A stretch of 11,462 nt of DNA from Candidatus Thorarchaeota archaeon. GTDB lineage: Archaea > Asgardarchaeota > Thorarchaeia > Thorarchaeales > Thorarchaeaceae. How positions within the stretch are numbered: the stretch's first letter is position 1; each line of letters begins with the position of its first letter. Of the stretch, positions 6,788 to 11,462 are shown in pieces. The notes below the pieces were generated by a model. That model saw nothing but the letters and a program-made list of their open reading frames with translations, searched no databases and was not told the DNA's origin. The stretch covers positions 1 to 11,462 of the forward strand of contig JBHLRQ010000095.1 of NCBI GenBank assembly GCA_048882385.1, written 5' to 3'. Position numbers and translations under genes: made by a program.

Positions 6788-7978
6788 ATGGTTACTGCTG
6801 AATATACTGCTGTGATTCTCAGATTTGGAGAGATTGGAATTAAATCAGACCAGACACGCCGCCGAATGAAAAACCTCTTGATTGCCCAAGTTGAATCCGC
6901 TTTGAGAGAGAGTAAGATTCCATTTGAAAAGGTTCATTCTGTCTATGGCAGAATATACATTGAAACTCAAAAGGCGATAGAAGCAGCTGAGGTTGCAGCC
7001 AAGGTCTTTGGAATCGTTTCTACATCTCCCGTTGTTGAAACCATTGCTGACATAGAGGAAATCCTCAGTGCTGGTGAAAAGCTTGTCAGAGCAGAGTTCA
7101 AGAAAGGTCTCACATTTGCTGTGGGAGCACGACGGATAGGTGAGCATCCATTCTCTAGTCAAGATATTAGAGAACAACTTGGCGAGAGAATCTTTGAAGG
7201 AATGCCGGAGCTTGAGCCAAGAGTTGATTTATCAAATCCTGAGCAGACAATCTACGTAGAGGTCCGTCACGGAAAGGCCCATCTCTTTACTCGTACAATA
7301 AAGGGTGTAGGAGGAATGCCAACAGGTTCTCAGGGAAAGGTTGTCTGTACAATCTCCACAGGACTCGATTCACCTATCGCTTCCTTCAAAGTGATGAAAC
7401 GGGGTTGCATTCCAGTTTTTGTTCATCTTGACAACACTCCTTATGCTGATGAAAACTGCTCAGAGATTGCTGTCAAGCAGGCACAACTTCTTGCCAACTA
7501 CATTCATGGTTTTGAAGTCAAGCTCTACATCGTTCCTCATGCTCATGATATTGAAGAGGCGAAGCAGCACGCACCCGAGAAGATGACCTGCCTATTTTGC
7601 AAGAGAAACATGTTGAGAATTGCTCGTGAGATAGCAATACAAGAGGGAGCTGATGCAATAGTCACAGGCGAAATAATTGGAGAGCAAGCGTCTCAGACTA
7701 CTGCGAATCTACGTGTAATCGAGAATGCTGTAACTGATTTTCCAATTCTAAGACCTAATGCAGGTAATGACAAAGTCGATATAGAACATCTTGCCCAAGA
7801 GATTGGCACTTATGAATTTGCTAAGGAAGGTGCATCGTGTTGCACTCTGAATCCAAAATATCCCTCAGTCAGAGCTGATCCCAAGGAGGTTGCATCGTGC
7901 GAGGAGCCTATGGATCTCAGTATCCTTTCTGAAGAGCTCAAGAGTGCAAGGGTCATTGTTCTTCGAGAAGGAAAATAA
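6788..7978 (+). CDS. thiI: tRNA 4-thiouridine(8) synthase ThiI (THUMP + PP-loop, no rhodanese domain)
   Basis: LRFGEIGIKS, KVFGIVSTSP, THUMP (TFAVGARR...VDLSNPE), GVGGMPTGSQGK, STGLDSP, MKRG, CLFCKR, IVTGEIIGEQASQT and ILRP. ATG 6788 follows the SD-like AGGTGG; the ORF track uses GTG 6779. Confidence 0.93.
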   Translation: MVTAEYTAVILRFGEIGIKSDQTRRRMKNLLIAQVESALRESKIPFEKVHSVYGRIYIETQKAIEAAEVAAKVFGIVSTSPVVETIADIEEILSAGEKLVRAEFKKGLTFAVGARRIGEHPFSSQDIREQLGERIFEGMPELEPRVDLSNPEQTIYVEVRHGKAHLFTRTIKGVGGMPTGSQGKVVCTISTGLDSPIASFKVMKRGCIPVFVHLDNTPYADENCSEIAVKQAQLLANYIHGFEVKLYIVPHAHDIEEAKQHAPEKMTCLFCKRNMLRIAREIAIQEGADAIVTGEIIGEQASQTTANLRVIENAVTDFPILRPNAGNDKVDIEHLAQEIGTYEFAKEGASCCTLNPKYPSVRADPKEVASCEEPMDLSILSEELKSARVIVLREGK

Positions 7979-8085
7979 CCATCTTACAGCCAATAAGGAT
8001 TCAAAACCAGTCAAATCGGTACAAAAATGCTATCAGCCTGTTATTCTTCCCTAGTTTACAGGAACACCATTCTTTCCGGTAATAC

Positions 8086-8100
8086 AAAGTTCTTAAAGAA
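8086..8100 (+). promoter_or_regulatory. Candidate BRE/TATA promoter of the histone gene
   Basis: AAAG-TTCTTAAAG; resembles AAC-TTCTTATAG at 9208-9219 upstream of the large gene. Confidence 0.45.
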
Positions 8101-8160
8101 ATTCGACCGAGAAACAGGAGTATCAATGCTGCAATTAGCAGATAGAGGAGTGTTAAACGT

Positions 8161-8391
8161 TTGCCGCGAGCAAGAAAGGACCGCATAATACCCGTAGCCC
8201 CTATTGATCGGCTAATTCGAGAATCTGGTGCTGGGCGAGTAAGTGACAAAGGTGCAGAAGAGCTAGCAAGGATTCTTGAGGAAATTGGAAAAATTATCTC
8301 AAAGAGAGCATTCGCTCTGACAGATCATGCTGGACGGAAAACAATCACTGACAAAGACATCAAACTTGCATTCGATCAATGGAAACCATGA
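8161..8391 (+). CDS. Archaeal histone (HMfA/HMfB family) with 7-residue basic N-terminal extension
   Basis: 76 aa: IPVAPIDRLIRESGAGRVS...HAGRKTITDKDIKLA aligns without gaps to HMfB as recalled (offset +7). TTG start, SD GAGGAG at 8145-8150, in-frame stop upstream at 8143-8145. Confidence 0.96.
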   Translation: MPRARKDRIIPVAPIDRLIRESGAGRVSDKGAEELARILEEIGKIISKRAFALTDHAGRKTITDKDIKLAFDQWKP

Positions 8392-8461
8392 GTCTAACAT
8401 ATAGGTTTTCAAGCGATATGGTACATACTATTTTGACCATTGAGATGTTTGGTGATCATAT

Positions 8462-9151
8462 TTGGGAAAAGCAGTAGAAACTGTAGAAGACAATACAATC
8501 ATCCTTTCAATACATGATGTGTCCCCAATCTTTGAAGACGAGATAGTGCAAACATATGATCACTTGTCTGATCTCGGCATTTCCAGTTTCTCCCTTTTAG
8601 TAACCCCCTTTTACGGACTGAAGAAGATAAACAAGTTTGTAAAAAATAGTTTCTTCACAAATTTCCTGAAGTCATTGAACTTGGAAATCTCGATGCATGG
8701 TTACTCTCATTTTGCCAAATCAGGATCCCCAAATGAATTCGATAAGATGACTCAGGAGAAAGCATTATCTCGTTTGAAAGATGGGATTGCAATCATAAGA
8801 AGTGGGTTTGGTTCAAAACCAATAGGATTCATTCCACCACTTTGGGAGTCAAAACCCAAGATTGTAAAATTAGTTAAAGAGGTGGGTCTTCAATTCTGTG
8901 TGAGTGGAAACAATATTCACGATCTCTCTAGGGACAAGGTTTTCCAGACTGCAGAACGTATCGTGAGTCAAGGGCAACGATCTCTATCAATTGAAGCATC
9001 TTTATTCGAGATTGAACTTGGAGGTGCGCTTCAGATAGCTATACATCCTCGTGACTATAGAATGAACAAATTGCTAGACCTACTTGAAGACCTTAAAGAC
9101 CGACTTGGATATAGATTCTTGGGCTACAAAGACTATCTCAAATCGATGTAA
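8462..9151 (+). CDS. DUF2334 / polysaccharide deacetylase-like (CE4/NodB fold) protein
   Basis: 229 aa with motifs SIHDVSP, LLVTP, EISMHGYSH, NEF, GFIPPLW and IAIHP. TTG start after GGTGA. No signal peptide or TM segment visible. Confidence 0.8.
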   Translation: MGKAVETVEDNTIILSIHDVSPIFEDEIVQTYDHLSDLGISSFSLLVTPFYGLKKINKFVKNSFFTNFLKSLNLEISMHGYSHFAKSGSPNEFDKMTQEKALSRLKDGIAIIRSGFGSKPIGFIPPLWESKPKIVKLVKEVGLQFCVSGNNIHDLSRDKVFQTAERIVSQGQRSLSIEASLFEIELGGALQIAIHPRDYRMNKLLDLLEDLKDRLGYRFLGYKDYLKSM

Positions 9152-9207
9152 AAACCTTCGAAAAAACGTCGATTCTTTCTTCAAACCGAACAGTGAACCT
9201 CCCGAAC

Positions 9208-9225
9208 AACTTCTTATAGATAAGA
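9208..9225 (+). promoter_or_regulatory. Candidate BRE/TATA promoter of the large surface-protein gene, overlapped by a palindrome
   Basis: AAC-TTCTTATA; TCTTAT-AG-ATAAGA inverted repeat at 9212-9225. Confidence 0.45.
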
Positions 9226-9248
9226 GCTCAACTCAACAATCACTGGTT

Positions 9249-9296
9249 CCAGCATTATAGATGAAAAGCAGCATCTAAATCGGAAGCGGTTGCTGG
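9249..9296 (+). other. Candidate structured RNA (three-way junction) in the 5' leader
   Basis: P1 CCAGCA 9249-9254/TGCTGG 9291-9296; P2 TAGATG 9258-9263/CATCTA 9272-9277; P3 ATCG 9279-9282/CGGT 9287-9290 with a GAAG loop. Found by eye only. Confidence 0.3.
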
Positions 9297-9315
9297 TCGA
9301 CAGAAAAGAGGAGGA

Positions 9316-11462
9316 ATGCGCTCAGTGAGGAGAAGCAGTTTCATCGGTATACTAGTTGCAGTACTTTTTCTATTTCCCATGTTGAATTTATCATCTGACT
9401 ATAGCCCTGTGGTGGCTTCTGCTAGCACATACCAATCTCTTGAAGGAGGGTCTGGATTGTTGGCAAATAATGATCCCAGTACTGGGGTTGCACCCGCGCT
9501 GCCTGTAAGTATCAGCGGTCAGATTTCCAATTTAGGTCAGGGAACATTGTTGTTCGACTCTTCCTCCTCTGGTGTTGGTTCAGTTACTCTGACAGATGGT
9601 TGGACTGGAACTGATCTTCAAGCTCAGATCGATTCCTTACAGTGGAAGGTTGAAGATGTTTTACAGAATGGAGATTTGAATAGTTACCACAATGAACAGT
9701 TCATCATCACCACCAGCTCAGCTTACAATTCGGAAGCTCACCGTGTTCCTGATGGATGGACACTGTTCAAGAATGTATTCGATGATGATGGTATCAATGC
9801 ACATCCTAATCATGGGGCATACGAATTGTATAGCCATTCTGCTGGATATAGTTCAACATGGGGTGTCCGATTTGATGCTGATTGGGGTACTAGTTTCCAG
9901 CATACAGTCGATGATGAGATTTACTTTGGTCAAATGATTACACTCCCATGGAGAGAGGTGTATTCCGCGGAAATCAGCTTCAAATACTATGTATATTCCA
10001 CATCTAACTTGGCAGACCAGGTGCATCTCTTCGTGAGGCTAGCAGGAGAAACCATCCCGTTTAACGTTTTTAGGCCTGGTGACACAACTGACACATGGCT
10101 GACAGCCACAACAACCATTCAGGCTGCTTCGATGTCTGGCCTTGCCAGTAAAGTAGCTGAGTTTGATATTGGTCTTACAGCTGGTCTTGAGGGAACAACG
10201 AATCCTTATTCTTACTTTGCCAGGGTACATGTTGATGACATTAAGGTAGCCTTCACTGTAAGGCCGTTCCCTGAACAGATTGATCTCAAAGCCAACAGTA
10301 CTCTTGTTCGAGGTTTCACATCAGGCAGTGTATATCCCTATGTTCCTGACAACGACAACAGAGATTGCTATGACGCTTCAACAATCGGTCTTGATTTAAA
10401 TGGATATGGCGACGATGGCGGTCTTGGAGTTGGAATTTGGGATGGTGGTGGTTTATACATTATCGATTCCGTCTTTAAGACAGGTCTCCAATTCCCTCTT
10501 GACATTCCAGACGGAGCTATTGTTACTTCTGCATATCTTGAAGTCGAAACAATGCTAGGTTCAGCTATTCCCTTGCCAGGAATGCGTATTCATGTGGCAG
10601 ATGAAGATAATGTCACATCTTTCACATCTGGACTGCCTAGATTGGCAGACCGATACAATTGGGTGAATACAAGTGTTGATTGGACTCTCGAATCTTGGAT
10701 AACAAGTCCTGATACAAGATACAGATCTCCCGAAATGGGTCCCGTCATTCAAAGCGTTGTTAGTAGATCAGGATGGTCTTCGGGAAACTACATCGCAATA
10801 ATGGTCGATTTAATGTATGCAGATAATTACCAACGTTGGAACGATATCAAAGGAACTTCCAATTTTGATGGCAATAATAGGGCTCGTTTGTATGTTGAAT
10901 ACATAGTTCCAGAACCTGAAGACGCTATCATCTTTTTTGATTATCAAAAGGATATCACTGTTGATCATCTCGATGTTGCAGCAGATTTTACTGATTTTCC
11001 TGTACTGATCGATATCACTGATACTGACCTGAGAGATCATGTTCTCTCCAATGGAAATGACATTGCATTCACCATTGATGGTAGTCCTGTTGCCCATGAG
11101 GTTGAGCTTTACGAGGAATCAACAGGTCATTTAATAGCATGGGTGAAAGTCCCGTTCCTCTCAAGTTCAGTAGATACAGTCATAACAATGCACTATGGTT
11201 GCGAGAATGCTCCTCCAGCATTATCTTCGAGTGTCTGGAGCGATTACGAAACTGTTCATCATCTCAATCAAGATCCAACTGGGACCAATTATGACAGCAC
11301 AAGCAACAACCATGATGGAACGTCTTATGGTGGACTTGGTCCAAGTGACCTTGTTATAGGACAAATTGGGAATGCACTTGACTTCGATGGGACTGATGAT
11401 ATACTATCTATTGGACAAATCGACACTGATGAATGGACTCAGTTCACAATGAGTGCATGGTT
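9316..11462 (+). CDS. Large secreted/cell-surface multidomain protein (unassigned N-region, DNRLRE-like, DUF2341, LamG-like jellyroll); runs off the right edge
   Basis: Open frame of 715 codons with no stop, read manually. Start ATG 9316 or, better spaced from SD GAGGAGG (9308-9314), GTG 9325. Signal peptide RRSSFIGILVAVLFLFPML. LQFPLDIPDGAIVTSAYLEV...SPEMGPVIQSVVSRSGWSSGN...ARLYVEY (~10483-10905); YQKDITVDH...TDFPVLI...NGNDIAF...HEVE...AWVKVP...MHYG (DUF2341, ~10940-11200); VHHLN...DSTSNNHDG...GQIGNALDFDGTDD...FTMSAW (LamG-like). Confidence 0.88.
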   Translation, partial: MRSVRRSSFIGILVAVLFLFPMLNLSSDYSPVVASASTYQSLEGGSGLLANNDPSTGVAPALPVSISGQISNLGQGTLLFDSSSSGVGSVTLTDGWTGTDLQAQIDSLQWKVEDVLQNGDLNSYHNEQFIITTSSAYNSEAHRVPDGWTLFKNVFDDDGINAHPNHGAYELYSHSAGYSSTWGVRFDADWGTSFQHTVDDEIYFGQMITLPWREVYSAEISFKYYVYSTSNLADQVHLFVRLAGETIPFNVFRPGDTTDTWLTATTTIQAASMSGLASKVAEFDIGLTAGLEGTTNPYSYFARVHVDDIKVAFTVRPFPEQIDLKANSTLVRGFTSGSVYPYVPDNDNRDCYDASTIGLDLNGYGDDGGLGVGIWDGGGLYIIDSVFKTGLQFPLDIPDGAIVTSAYLEVETMLGSAIPLPGMRIHVADEDNVTSFTSGLPRLADRYNWVNTSVDWTLESWITSPDTRYRSPEMGPVIQSVVSRSGWSSGNYIAIMVDLMYADNYQRWNDIKGTSNFDGNNRARLYVEYIVPEPEDAIIFFDYQKDITVDHLDVAADFTDFPVLIDITDTDLRDHVLSNGNDIAFTIDGSPVAHEVELYEESTGHLIAWVKVPFLSSSVDTVITMHYGCENAPPALSSSVWSDYETVHHLNQDPTGTNYDSTSNNHDGTSYGGLGPSDLVIGQIGNALDFDGTDDILSIGQIDTDEWTQFTMSAW

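Noticed and set aside
8037-8063. CCTGT...ACAGG inverted repeat after thiI as a terminator
   Set aside because: Only 5 bp with a long loop and no following U-tract; consistent with chance.
8001-8249. 82-aa antisense ORF with a hydrophobic stretch overlapping the histone gene, and 6845-7177 inside thiI
   Set aside because: They overlap strongly supported genes on the opposite strand and no family is recognisable.
9249-9296. Hammerhead ribozyme, purine riboswitch or tRNA fragment as identity of the junction
   Set aside because: It lacks the CUGANGA/GAAA core, the purine aptamer junction consensus and a tRNA cloverleaf.
9325-9345. Twin-arginine (Tat) signal in RRSSFI
   Set aside because: Spacing does not fit RRxFLK; a basic Sec n-region is the simpler reading.
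9692-11097. ORFs 9692-9937, 10039-10230, 10561-10752 and 10810-11097
   Set aside because: All lie within the continuous 715-codon surface-protein frame.
1-11462. CRISPR array, transposase/integrase, rRNA or tRNA genes
   Set aside because: No spaced repeats, mobile-element motifs or RNA-gene signatures were seen, and intergenic gaps are all under ~275 bp.

Overview
Gene-dense archaeal window, about 41% GC by eye. An Asgard/Thorarchaeia-like origin is inferred from the HMf-type histone, the S/T-linker+TM+basic C-terminal anchors, a giant DUF2341/LamG surface protein and frequent TTG/GTG starts; taxonomy is not proven. Gene order: hydantoinase/oxoprolinase B (partial) and A subunits (- strand); two tandem, membrane-anchored PhoA-type alkaline phosphatase paralogues (+); a tandem GNAT acetyltransferase (-); an Fe-S-type tRNA thiolase ThiI (+); an archaeal histone with a short basic N-extension (+); a DUF2334/CE4-like deacetylase (+); and the first ~715 codons of a large secreted protein (+). 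The B subunit and the secreted protein are missing from the supplied ORF track. No rRNA, tRNA, CRISPR array or mobile element was recognised. The best leads are all hypotheses: a histone with like-charge pairs at the HMfB stacking positions, its acetyltransferase/deacetylase neighbours, paralogous phosphatases with different metal-site ligands, a three-way-junction RNA in a 5' leader, and small ORFs upstream of the GNAT and histone genes.
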